A DNA stretch of 64,000 bases from Eledone cirrhosa (lineage: Eukaryota): assembly GCA_964016885.1 (NCBI GenBank), contig OZ024742.1, forward strand, positions 134,602,001 through 134,666,000. Reading direction: 5' to 3'. The notes beneath the pieces were generated by a model, which searched no databases, had not been told where the DNA came from, and saw only the letters and a list, made by a program, of their open reading frames with translations. The translations under genes and the position numbers were made by a program. Numbering within the stretch: the stretch's first letter is position 1; every line of letters begins with the position of its first letter. Below are positions 1-12,183 of this stretch, piece by piece.

Positions 1-143
1 GAGTTTTTCTCCATAAATTACATCACTGACTTAAAATCAATCATCATTTTCTCGCAAAAAAATATGTGATACGCAGCAAGGTGCGAGTAATTCGGGTAGT
101 TATATATATGTTTCGATTGTTTTAAATTCACATATATTCATAT

Positions 144-213
<70 letters not shown>

Positions 214-789
214 GTTCAAGAGTAACCAATCTTAAAGAGAGAGATGGAGATAGTAGAGTAGATATGAGAGGAGAGATTGGTGAGTTAGTTAGAAGCCAAA
301 GCGTAAAGGCAAGTGCTCAATGTGCAATATGCAGTAGTAAAGCAGCTAGGTGGCTGGGTTCATGCAGAACTTAGGTGTGGAGAGCTGGAAATATTCATTA
401 GTTAAACAAAACAAGGCCACACACTTCACAAGGAAGACATATTAAAAGATTGTCAACATATTTTAGTTTGATGTAAGGAATGTAGAGAATAATAATAATA
501 ATATTGATAATAATAATGTCCGTTTACAATTGTTTCGCTACTCCATATAATATTTCTGGATTAGATGATTATATATCATAATTGATCTGGTTCAGTTGAA
601 AATAATTAACATATTTAAAAAACATTATTGTTACCCATAGGCAGATCTCACACAATGCAGCCTCGAAAGATGAACACTGCTTGATTATGGCTGACAACTG
701 ATGCAACCAAAACACCATAGTAAAAACCAATATATGGAATACTATATTATGTAACATTATCCCATTATTTTAATTTATATTCCTTTGAA

Positions 790-910
790 GTTCCGATGAG
801 CCACTCTGTTTTTTTAAATATGTTAATTATTTTCAACTAAACCAGATCAATTATGATATATAATCATATAATCCAGAAATATTATATGGAGTAGCGAAAC
901 AATTGTAAAC
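790..910 (+). ncRNA. Candidate type-I hammerhead ribozyme (CCGAUGA core, long stem-II loop)
   Basis: gtt-CCGATGA-gccactc...(~80 nt)...gagtagc-GAAAC-aatt-GTA-aac. Stem I 3 bp, stem II 6 of 7 bp, palindromic AATT in helix III. Confidence 0.5.
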
Positions 911-957
911 GGACATTATTATTATCAATATTGTTGGATTGCATTATTATTATCAAT

Positions 958-1145
958 GGTCGGTGGATTGGCAGTATCGGTAGAGGGTCGGACGCCATGA
1001 TTTCCAGCATAGTTACGTCTCTTTACGATCTGAGTTCAAATCCCGCCGAGGTTGACTTTGCCTTTCATCCTTACGGGGTCGATAAAATAAAGTACCAGTA
1101 ATGCACTGGGTAATTGCTGGCCTTGTGCCTAAAGTAGAAACAATT
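958..1145 (+). mobile_element. tRNA-derived SINE, family A (Nin/Deu-like central domain), full length
   Basis: B-box gagttcaaatcc, core gcctttcatccttacggggtcgataaaataaagtaccag, tail gaaacaatt; flanked by the duplication attattatcaat. Confidence 0.9.
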
Positions 1146-1258
1146 ATTATCAATATTATTATTATTATTCTCTACATTCCTTACATCAAACTAAAATATG
1201 TTGACAATCTTTTAATATGTCTTCATTGTGAAGTTTGTGGCCTTGTTTTGCTTAACTA

Positions 1259-1331
<73 letters not shown>

Positions 1332-1641
1332 GGATATATGTCAATTTTAAAAAAATCGAAACATATATATAACTAGCCGAATTACTCTCGCCATTCTGCC
1401 TTTCACACATTTTTTTGTGGGAAAATGATGATTGATTTTAAATCGGTGATGCAATTAATGGAGAAAAACTCTGCATTTCAATGTTACTCAATGTAGTGTG
1501 TAATGCATGAACAATTGGAAAACATTATTTTTTGTAATATATCAAATCAAAATTACATTGTTAAATTATATTATTATTTTGTTTCTTGTAAATAATTTTT
1601 TTCAAAATATCAATTCAAAGCTTTTGTGAATAGGCATGATG

Positions 1642-2170
1642 TCTTGTCATTTACCTATAATTTAAATTCATATAAATCGAAGGGAAAACATTTTCAGCTG
1701 GGTTTTGTGCCCCCGGGGAACCCTTTGATTAAAATGAAATATACTGATCCAAGTACCCTGGGCAATGTAGTTTCAGAACATATCTGTTTATGGGTTCTAT
1801 CTCCAAAACCATGGGAGGAGTTCGTGAAATCTTGTTCCATTTATTGGCCAAAACGTTCACTCTAGGGGTTTAATCCCCATTAGGGTGTCTTACTATTATT
1901 GAAATTTGCTAAAATTTAGTGAATCGGTGCCATATCTTGTTATTTACCTATGGTTTAAATTTCATATAAATCGAAGAGAAAACATTTTCAGCGGGGGTTT
2001 GAACACCCGGGGAACACGTCGATTAAAATGAAATATACGTAATAAATTAAAGGGGCATGAGCCCTACACACGTGTCAAGTTTCATCAAAATTGGTTTAGT
2101 AGTTTTTGAGTTTTAGGTTTCAAACAAATCCACAAAGAAAGAGACAGAAATTGCCATTTATGTATATAGA
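1642..2170 (+). mobile_element. Possible non-autonomous Helitron-like element with an internal ~100-bp direct repeat
   Basis: 1642-1744 is repeated at ~1936-2038. The end aagtttcatcaaaattggtttagtagtttttgag...tatataga resembles Lep1/DINE-type termini (recalled similarity only). Confidence 0.35.
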
Positions 2171-2179
2171 ATATACATG

Positions 2180-2231
<52 letters not shown>

Positions 2232-2246
2232 TAAAATAGTGAAATT

Positions 2247-2364
2247 AATTGTTTCTATTTTAGGCACAAGGCCAGCAATTACCCAGTACATTACTGGTAC
2301 TTTATTTTATCGACCCCGTAAGGATGAAAGGCAAAGTTAACCTCGGCGGGATTTGAACTCAGAT
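2247..2364 (-). mobile_element. SINE family A, 5'-truncated
   Basis: Reverse complement of the 958-1145 copy from B-box to tail. Confidence 0.9.
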
Positions 2365-2599
2365 GAAGCCAACAGTAATTCATAATATATAAGTGACAAT
2401 TACGTCAAGATGGAAAATAATTAACGTACGATATGGGAAAAATAATTCAATCTCAATTCAAAAAAAGTCAAGACAGAAATTTTATCCACAGATTTTGTGT
2501 AATCCAGGGAAAAGACCAATAGAGTCTTAACTCAGAATAAAATTATCCTTTAATTTGGAAAAATCTACAAATGTTCTATATAGTTTTAAAAATACTATT

Positions 2600-3850
2600 T
2601 TACGAAACCTTTCAGTGGGGTAAGTCACGGTTGGAGTCGTTCATCAGTAGAGCTCAACACGATAACTAAGAACCACAGCTAAAATATGCCAAAAGGGAAT
2701 TTAAAGCAGGCTAGTTACACCTCGTGTGGAATTAAGATAATAAACACACATGGAGAACAGGGCTAGTGACGTCAGAATGAGAGGAATGACTGTTAAGAAG
2801 AAACAGCAGTCAAAACATTCCGAAAAAAACTCAACAAAGGTATGGAGTTCAGCATAAAGCAATATTATATTACTCTTTGTGTTCCGGTATTTCTTAGGAC
2901 ATTTCACGCCCTGTTGAACAAGGGATTTCTCCTTTAGCCAAAATAAACAATCCTTATTTCGTTTGATGCACGGTTTGAAGTTTTCCGGGATTCTCCATTT
3001 AATGTGTATGGTATCCAATCATCTCTGTCTTCCTAAAATCACATTGCCAAGGCCATGGCTGTCTTCTTTTGTAAGTGTCTGAAGGATGCGATATGTGATT
3101 AATACAGTTGTTTGAAATAGTATTGTGCCTTCCCACATATCGTTCTTAGATCTCTGTTTGGTTTGTTGTATCTGATGCGATTGTGTTTTCATAAAATATT
3201 GACTTCAATATAGTGGTCAGTTATCCCTTACCATGAATGAACAAAGCGGCATTGTGTTATGTTTGTTTTTATGTGTATTATCGACTTCATCCATGTTCCG
3301 AAGGAACGGCACATTTTAATCGGCAGATTACTAAATATTTTACTATACCTATACTAAGGAGAGACATTAGCATCTATTAGGTCTAAAAGAATGTTACCTA
3401 CATTTTTCCTCAATCTCTAGAAGCAAGTGTGGTACGAACCAATGTTTTTTCTATTTCTCTTCTTTTTAACTATTCTTTTGAACGTTGAATTTGGATATAT
3501 AATTGATTTTATCATTGAAAACACTATGTTTAAGGGCCTTGTTGTTTTAAGGGGCTGCATGATAATGCCGGTATATACTTCCTTAGATATATATAACATT
3601 TGGTAGGTGGTCTATATTTTCTGATATAAAGATTGGGCTATTTTATGCTGACACATTTTGAGGAATTATTAAAAGAATAACTAAATCGGTTTGAATAGAT
3701 GATCCGTGCATAGTTTATCGGGAAGCTATCATTAACTGTTCTGGATTTTAAGCTCATTCCACACATGGCTGATATTATATATCTTGTATATATTCATGCA
3801 TCATATTTCCCTTTAGAAAGTCGAAACTTTAATAACTCCCTAGGTTCTGA
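2600..3850 (-). pseudogene. Highly degenerate Penelope-like element (RT to GIY-YIG C-terminus)
   Basis: Minus-strand fragments in the expected order: FDFLKGKYDA (~FDxTMGSYDG), KKKRNRKNI (~RKIxW), RYVGR, HIASFRH, IKWRI..KP..KDCLFWLKEK (~WxI..PY..CxLCxxE). Same motif order as the 23.5-kb element. Confidence 0.55.
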
Positions 3851-5234
3851 TATTTGTTATTTGTTTCTATTCTTGCTGGAGAGAAATAGAAACATTTTTA
3901 CATTATGCATTCAGCATTTATTGTACCTTTGAGTGTCATTCAAAATTTGAACTCGTAATGTTGTGATAAAACGCGCAAAAGTTCTTAGAGCATTATACGA
4001 AACACATTTCAGGTTTTCGACACCTTTTGTTTACTTTTCAACTTCTTTCGATTTAGTATCTACTTTTCATTCATCTCAAATCTATATGCCAAGGAGAAAT
4101 ATATACTTGTAAATATTGGAACTCATTTTCAAAATATATTTCATGAATATAGCTAGCAAATTTGACACAATCTGTTTAAATTTCATGTCAAAATGATTGT
4201 TCATATTCAATATTCTACACTATTTGTTATCGCTTTTCTCTTACCCTCTAAAAACTTGGGTGTTTTAGGGTCACTGTAGGATAGTGGGGAGCTGAGATCA
4301 CCGTCCCATGTATTATTCCTGAACCACTAATGCTATGAGAATAATATTAGCACATTTATATACCACTGAGAGGCAAAACTTGCAGCAATAGAAAAAAGTT
4401 GCTTACGACATTATTTTTATGACATCATGAGTTGTACCCAGATGTGATCAAATTCAGTACTTTTATTGTGTTAAAATGTTTTTTAGTACCGCTGAGTCTA
4501 TGACTATGAAACTTTACAGGTATATATGTAGTGCATGTAGGTATTGCCATGTACCTTACTTTTGTCATGTTTGCTAATAATGCAACAATGCAATATGAAA
4601 AAAATAGCAAAATAGACAAATATTTGTTGCATTGGTAACCAAGGGGTTGCTATGTAAATTTCCTGGCTGTCATTGTAATAGTTTCCATGCAACTGAAAGC
4701 ACAATCATTAGATTGGTAATGTTGTTTGGCGATATCGATTTCGTTCCAAAGGCTACATGTTCAAATTTAGTCACACACACCCTACCCCCAAAGATTGATC
4801 AAAGAAATATCAACATTTTGTACACGTTGTTGAATTTCTATCCTTTACATGGCAATGGGGAAATGTTTTACAAAATCACTTACCGGATCATTTAACAGAG
4901 TAGATGTTAGGAAACGTCACCGTATTTCAGAGAAAAATCTGATTTCTTTCAAGTGTCATGCAAAACAAAATCCACGAGATAAGGGTTCTCAGTAAAATCC
5001 TGGATAGACACATTTCGTGTACGTATTCGGAAAAGATAGAATATTTATGTTCCTAATGCTAAATTACTCATCAGGTTTAGTCCATGTGAGCACTGTTCGA
5101 ACAATTATAGTTTAACATAGAAAATAATATTCTAAATATACCATGTCACCATTTACCTAAGGATCATATTTCAGACTCCGACGTATATTGTGACCCTCAT
5201 GATATATTTTATCTCCATTATAGTGTATATCATA

Positions 5235-5302
5235 GTCGATAAAATATAGAACCAGTAATCTACTGGGTAATTGCGGGCCTTGTGCCAACAGTAGAAACAA
5301 TT
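5235..5302 (+). mobile_element. SINE family A, 3' fragment
   Basis: gtcgataaaata...ggccttgtgccaacagtagaaacaatt. Confidence 0.8.
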
Positions 5303-5689
5303 ATAGTGTATAATTATATATGCCAGTAGGTTCATGTAGTAGCCAACTTCACAGTGCCAATTTGATACTCTACTCTAGAAATTGTTGCTGAGCATTATGG
5401 ATAAGTGTCTGTGGCAATGGTGAGTATGTTAGTTGCTAAATGTAGAAAAAGAGCAAATATGTATAATTATACAAATGATAGCAGATTCAGTGAATGCAGA
5501 ATGTGTACAAAATTAACCCTTCAAAATGAATCCAAAATTAATCCGCTTGCAAATAATTTTCAATATCGTATGTATGTCAAAATTATAGGCTGAATTTGAG
5601 TTTGTTGTAAACTATACCTGTCTAAAATAGCCGTTGTAGTGGGGTTCACCGTTGAAGGATATACTTAAACGTGTGGCTATAATTTTCAA

Positions 5690-5744
<55 letters not shown>

Positions 5745-5854
5745 TATAAATATATACATTTATATATATATATATATATACTCTTATGTTAAGAATTCTT
5801 GAACATGCCACCAGGTTTTTCCTGATTGTCTTTCTATCTCTACTGCCTCCTATC

Positions 5855-5856
<2 letters not shown>

Positions 5857-5915
<59 letters not shown>

Positions 5916-5948
5916 TTCTCTCCCTCAGTCTCTCTTTCTCTCTCTCTC

Positions 5949-6024
<76 letters not shown>
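5857..6024. repeat. Compound (CT)n(TA)n microsatellite
   Basis: Direct reading. Confidence 0.95.
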
Positions 6025-6027
<3 letters not shown>

Positions 6028-6100
6028 TGGGTCCTAAACATGTATACACATTTAAGTTATCTGCTGTTGAAGTGTGTATACATACTTTTGGGACACCCTG
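6025..6100. mobile_element. Tiny Tc1/mariner-type MITE
   Basis: Left TIR cagtgggtcctaaacatgtatacaca; right TIR read on the minus strand cagggtgtcccaaaagtatgtatacaca; TA on both sides. Confidence 0.7.
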
Positions 6101-7141
6101 TATATATGGATTTAATTATTTATTTGTTTATTAAATTTCGTTCGGATTATAACCAAAGAAGGGGATCAAATTCATAAAATTTATTGTAGATATGTTTTAT
6201 TTAAAATCGATCGTTTCTAATGTTACATGTCTATCGGTATACAACAAACATTCCTTTATAATCTAAATATCCATACTGCATGCCTCCAAGTTAATACTCG
6301 TTCTGTCGTTGTTGATACATTGTTGTATAGATTAAGTGTTTATGTTGGTTTGATACACTGTACAATCAACCCACTATTTTGGCATTGCGGCTATATGTGT
6401 TATCACTATTGAAAGTCATGGAGTATGTGGAGTGGGCGACCAACAGGTGGCGCTTTAAAATAATAGTAAATGTGATGGATGGAGTGACAAAAATCGCACA
6501 TAGCGTTGAAACCTCAAGCAAATATAGTGAGACATGTTCTATATATTATGATAAATCATGTGCTGAACTTTATAGAAATTAAGTGAGAATAATCATAAAG
6601 ATGTACAATATGTCAGATAAAAGACAGATAGTGAGTGAGGGGAGGGGAGAGTGAAGGAAGTTAAAATCTACAAGGAGATAGATGTACATTTTCTATCTGT
6701 GTGAAAGGATCTTAGACTTAGCACATACACATACACATAATTTTATGTAAACTTGTATAACTAGAAGTTAATTGCTGTGAGAGTTGTTCTGGAATGTGAG
6801 AAAATGGTACAAGTGAAAATAATGGAAGAGGAATGCAGAACAAAATAAAAAGAAAACTATAGTATAAATAAATAAAAGCTAAAACGCAGTGGTAAAATAG
6901 TCAGGGAAGGTGAAGGCGTATGAACTGAAATAATTTTCGCGAGACTTTAAGGCAATAGGCGAGATGAGGTTAGTTGCGGAAACAAAACAGTGTAATGATG
7001 GTGAAATAAATTGCAGAAATAACGGAATAATGTTTGTGAAAATAGATGAAAGGTACAGTACTGTGCTTTGCAAACGACACATAAAGATGTGAATGCTGAA
7101 GGAATGGGTTAGATGAGGTTAAATGAATGAATTAGTAGCAG

Positions 7142-7173
<32 letters not shown>

Positions 7174-7299
7174 GAATATATATATATATGTGTTAATATG
7201 CACATGTAGTTAATAAATGAAGCAAATGAAACAAACAAAATACAGGAGGCAATTTTACAGTTATATTAGGTTCACGCTTGGTAGAAGTGTGGGGGGAGG

Positions 7300-7333
7300 T
7301 TCTACGTTTCGGACAGAATTCCTTCTTCGGGAA
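7300..7333 (-). ncRNA. Minimal type-I hammerhead ribozyme motif (CCGAAGA core)
   Basis: Minus strand reads ttc-CCGAAGA-a-gga-attctg-tcc-GAAAC-GTA-gaa. Confidence 0.6.
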
Positions 7334-8646
7334 TGTTCGGATGAGAATGTTCGGATAAGATACACATAAGTGTAGTGTGAGAAGGTTAGGGGAGGAAGTG
7401 AAAAAAATGACATATAGGATGAGTTAAGGGCGTAGAAAGAACATATGATTCTGTCTTTGTTTGTCTATCTTTGTTTATGTGTGAATAATTAAAATATATC
7501 CCCGTAAGTGTGCTATATAGTGAATTTTTTTAAAAACAATTAATGAAAGGAAATATAAATCGAAATCAATAATAAATTATCAAAATAAAAATGATAATTC
7601 ATACTGAATGCAATTGGGAATGACATTAAAAACCAATGCTGAAGAGCAATTACAAAAAATAAAAATAAAAGCTGAGGGGGGTTTTAAAAAAATATTCATT
7701 CAGAAATCGAATTTGGATAGGGTAAGATCGAAAGGAAAAAAAAAAGTTTATTCAAATTAAAAAAAAATATTAATAGATGGTAAAGCAGACATTTGATAAT
7801 GTAAAATACAATATAAAAGAGAAAATAATAAAAAAAACATAGACACATTCGTATCCAACTAGACAATAATAGATAGAGACAATTTCAACAGTAGATACAT
7901 GCGTGAAAAGGAATTGAAAATGATAAATATAAAAACATATTACAATATCAATCATATATGTTTAAAATCTCTATATTTTCATTCGCTATCATCCTTGTTA
8001 TTACAAAGATAATAGCGAATGAAAACTATACGAGAGAGTAAATTGCAGAAAATAAATCTTCATTTGAACGGTATTTTTTATTCCAATTATGAGAACTTTT
8101 ATTCATCCGATGATATACTGATATAGAATTGTTGTGGTTTTGATGAGTCCCTTTGCTGTTGTTTATCGTTGAGGAGTCGGAAAACCTGGATTTTTTTTTT
8201 CTAATTTTCAAAGAAATATTTAATTTACAGTGGATTTAATATACTTTTGTTTTTATTGTTTCACTGATTTTCCAAAATTATTTGGAGCATTTGTTCTTTT
8301 TTTTCTACCTATTCTATACCTAGTCGACCATGTTAAGGTATTTAAACGTTGTCATTTGACGAAAAGGCAAATGAATTGGTTATAGCTCTATTATTAGCAG
8401 TAGATCAGCAGCAGCAGCATCAGCAGCATCAGCAACAATAGTAGTAGTAGTAGTAGTAGCAGCAGCAGCAGTAGTAGTAGTAGTAGTAGTACAATACCTC
8501 TATCCGAAGTTGTAGAACAAATATTTGACATCAGGGCAACATATGTGTGAATAAAAAAACAAAAAAAAAATTAAGTGGTAAAATAAGCAGAAATAAAGAA
8601 TGCAAAGCCTTCTAGAAATGACACCCAATTTAACTCTGAAGCCTTT

Positions 8647-9004
8647 TTGTAGTTCGTATGTACGTGTGTATGTTGTTTGTTAGTCAGAGCTATTAACCAT
8701 GGCATTAATTTGAGTCGTTTATTGTCAATAGGTGTTTGTTTGTTAAATGTAAATTCCACCGAATTACTGGCCATGTGGTTATTGTAGGTATATTATTTTA
8801 TGCATTTTTCATCTACAAATTATCTTTTCTAGGCTTTGTATTAACCATTATTAAGCTGTTGGTAAACAGTTAGGTTGCTTAATTTTATAAGTTTACATTT
8901 ACATTTAACAAACAAACACCTATTGACTATAAACGACTCAAAATAATCCCATGGTTAATAGCTGTGAGGAAGAAACAACATACACTCGTACATACGAACT
9001 ACAA
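8647..9004. repeat. Inverted repeat (arms 8647-8753 and 8898-9004)
   Basis: ttgtagttcgtatgtacg...tgtttgttaaatgtaaa pairs with tttacatttaacaaaca...cgtacatacgaactacaa. Confidence 0.9.
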
Positions 9005-9472
9005 CACAAAAACACCTAAATGAAAACCACATATCCAACTCTATCACGTGCTTTGCATTACACCTTACATAACAAATACGTGCATTATCACCACATACCT
9101 CTCTAACAAATTGCACATTATCTTAAACATTTATAACAATTATAACATGCTTTAACACCCCACACAAAATATGTTTATTTCAACTGCATTATAACTATTT
9201 CCACATACATGCCTTATTGACTGTATTGCCTCCTGCATTGTGCACCAATTTTCCTTGCTTATAACTTTTTTGCCTGGGTTTTATTTTTTGCTTGTGCTTT
9301 TTACTTATACCTATTACACTTTCAACCAGTGCTGCCTGCAATTGTGTTCTTTCAAGCAGAACATCTTTTTAACTCCTGACTCTCCACATGATGCCTATGA
9401 CACTAAAAACAATGGTGTACCCTAAATGTTCTAAATGACTAGGATTTTAGTAACATGTTTCGACATTCCTTA

Positions 9473-9519
9473 TGCTCCGATGAATCCAGACTTCCCTCTG
9501 GAAGAAACAATTGTCAGCA
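9473..9519 (+). ncRNA. Type-I hammerhead ribozyme motif (CCGAUGA core)
   Basis: tgct-CCGATGA-a-tccaga-cttccc-tctgga-a-GAAAC-aatt-GTC-agca, followed directly by AATAAA. Stem I 4 bp, stem II 6 bp. Confidence 0.7.
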
Positions 9520-9694
9520 AATAAACGTTCTAAACTAAAATTTGATCGTTTTAACACTTTGTATATATATATATATAATGCCTAGACACAGAAATGCTAT
9601 AAAGATAGCTTATAAAATAGGGTGAATACCTTTAAAAGCCGGAAAAAAGCAGTCGCCTCTGTGATGTATTGAACACCATAACTTCCAGATAACA

Positions 9695-9755
<61 letters not shown>

Positions 9756-10771
9756 ATGTGTTTGTATTTGTATATGTGTGTGTGTACGCGTGCACGCGTG
9801 TGTGTGTGGCGGGGGTAGGTAAAAGTCCTCTGAATGTTTTTGCAGATATTAACATGACTTACCAACACACTATAAAGCACACAATACTTAAGAATGTATA
9901 GTGTGTGACTTCTGTTTGCCATACAAATGTTATCATATTAATTGCAGCAATGTGATAAGATGCAACAATTTGTATAGCAGGATTTGTAAACACATGCGCC
10001 ACTCGTATAAAATATAATATTACCTTTATGTGCATATATATCCTCAACGAAAGAGGCTAAATATCCTAATGATTTTGTCAACTGTGACAATATGGAACCA
10101 TCACTACTAATATGAAGTAGAGTATAGAATATGATATTTGTTTAATATTCCTCCTTGTTGAAATTACTCATGTTTACAGAAGTTTCATTCTCCGATAGGC
10201 CTTGGATTTTTGAAATCTTAAGTCCACCATACTTCGATAGTCATACATCTCTAGCATGACATGGTTTGGCTTGACAAGAAAACAAATATCTTAACGACTT
10301 CATTGGATTTATCGCCACCTAAACTGCTCAAAATAACGAATTCACTGTCATATCTTGAGAAAATTATGCCTACTTCAAACTTAGTCGCTAACCTGTGTAT
10401 GATCTTCAAAGTTTTAGAAGTATTTTCTCACATATTTATAATTGATATACACTGATGTTAAGTTGCCTTTTCGAATACATAGAACGACTTCATTACCTTT
10501 GCACTTTTGCTCAAAAGATACACAGTTAAGTATGATTTTAGATTTTCTATTTATATTACCCATGACATTTTGTGAATATGATAACATTGTTAAAATGTTC
10601 CTTCAATGTCACAGTCTCATTATGTGGATAAAAAGATGCTACTCTAACACTTCAGACATGAACGAAATCGTTTAGCAGTTGCTATTTATAAGGTATTTTT
10701 TAAAAATATTGAGACATTAATGAAGCACATAATCTAAAAAAATTCATGTGAATGGAAATTAATAAAGACAT

Positions 10772-10959
10772 GTTGGAATGGGAGTATCGGCAGAAGGTCG
10801 AACGTCATGCTTTGACGCATAGAGTTAGGGCTGTTTCCATTCTGAGTTCAAATCGCGCGGAGGTTAACAATGCCTTTCATCCTTACGGGGTCGATAAAAT
10901 AAAGTACCAGTAATGCACTGGGTAATTGCTGGCCTTGTGACAAAAGTTGAAAAATAATT
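10772..10959 (+). mobile_element. SINE family A, full length, diverged
   Basis: B-box, core and tail align with the 958-1145 copy. Confidence 0.88.
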
Positions 10960-11228
10960 ATATACGTCATATATGGGTGTAAACAAATTTAACAATGTTT
11001 TGTAATTCTTCTATTATTTAACAATAACCTCTCTAATTCTATGTATAGTTACTATTCTAAACATTTTCTAAATCGCTTATGTTCACACAATGTTCTCCAT
11101 TCAATTTTCTCGATTCACTTTAGAGATGCTTGTTTCATTTATTGTTGAATCATTGCATTTTTGCATTTAACAATATTGAGCTACAACACTTATGGAAGTA
11201 ATGTCTTTAAGAAAACACCCTTCCCAAG

Positions 11229-12023
11229 AAATACCAATGAAGGCTGGAAGATCACTGACGAAGGACTAATTTTATTCATATGTAACCCTATCTTTCCGTT
11301 GTAATACCATCTTTGTTTTTTTACATGTCTCCCTCGCTTCACGCTAATTTACTTGTCCCAATAACTTTATTTAGTTATTGCTCGCACCAACCAGAGGTAT
11401 ACGATTTTTAAAGCGATGAAATACCAATGAAGGTTGGGAGATCACTGATGAAGGACTAATTTTATTCATATGTAACCCATGTGCAACCACGCAGCACTCC
11501 ATTTTTCTTATATTTATATTTTTTCCTCAGTTGCGATTGTCTGTTTCTTTCTTACTGCCTCCTCTGTCTCTGTATCTCTCACCTTCTTTTTTCCCCCTCT
11601 GGCAGTCAGACTCTCTCTCAGCTGGTCTCTTCCTCACACTTCCACTCACTCACTCTCTGTTTCTCCCCCTCTCTCACTTCCTCCCGTTTGACTTGTGTGA
11701 AATCCTTTTCTCGCTCACATCTCACCCATGTCGGATGGTCTGTATCTCTCGTCCATGATTTCACCAAGCTTAAGCTTATAGATATCATGTACTTGTCTCT
11801 TCCTATCTTTCCGTTTCAATACCATCTTCGTTTGTTTACATGTCTCGCTCGCTTCACGCTAATTTACTTGTCCCAATAACTTTATTTAGTTATTGCTCGC
11901 ACCAACCAGAGGTATATGATTTTTAAAGCGATGAAGTACCAATGAAGGTTGGAAGATCACTGATGAAGGACTAATTTTATTCATATGTAACCTATGTGCA
12001 ACCACGCAGAACTCCATTTTTCT
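11229..12023 (+). repeat. Partial tandem duplication (~11290-11508 repeated at ~11803-12023, plus a third copy of a 60-bp block)
   Basis: Block taccaatgaaggytggragatcactgaygaaggactaattttattcatatgtaacc occurs at ~11232, ~11422 and ~11937. Confidence 0.9.
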
Positions 12024-12033
12024 AATAACTATA

Positions 12034-12079
<46 letters not shown>

Positions 12080-12183
12080 TATATAGATATAGATATATAT
12101 AGGTAAGTTATTCCGGATTGAATCGGAGGTAGCCAGAGTAAGAAAGGTACTCAATACATAGCAGAGTATACAAGTTTTAATAA

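Larger units (their letters stand above)
1..1471. repeat. Long imperfect palindrome (arms 1-623 and 809-1471, ~185-bp spacer); may extend beyond the window edge
   Basis: 1-60 is the reverse complement of ~1411-1471, and 481-623 of ~809-930 plus ~1150-1180. The right arm is interrupted by a SINE; the left arm has extra sequence at ~210-395. Confidence 0.9.

Noticed and set aside
958-1050. tRNA-like A/B boxes in SINE heads
   Set aside because: No cloverleaf; they continue into SINE core and tail, so they are not tRNA genes.
5010-5076. Minus-strand CTGATGA with a weak downstream stem
   Set aside because: No properly placed GAAA and no stem I.
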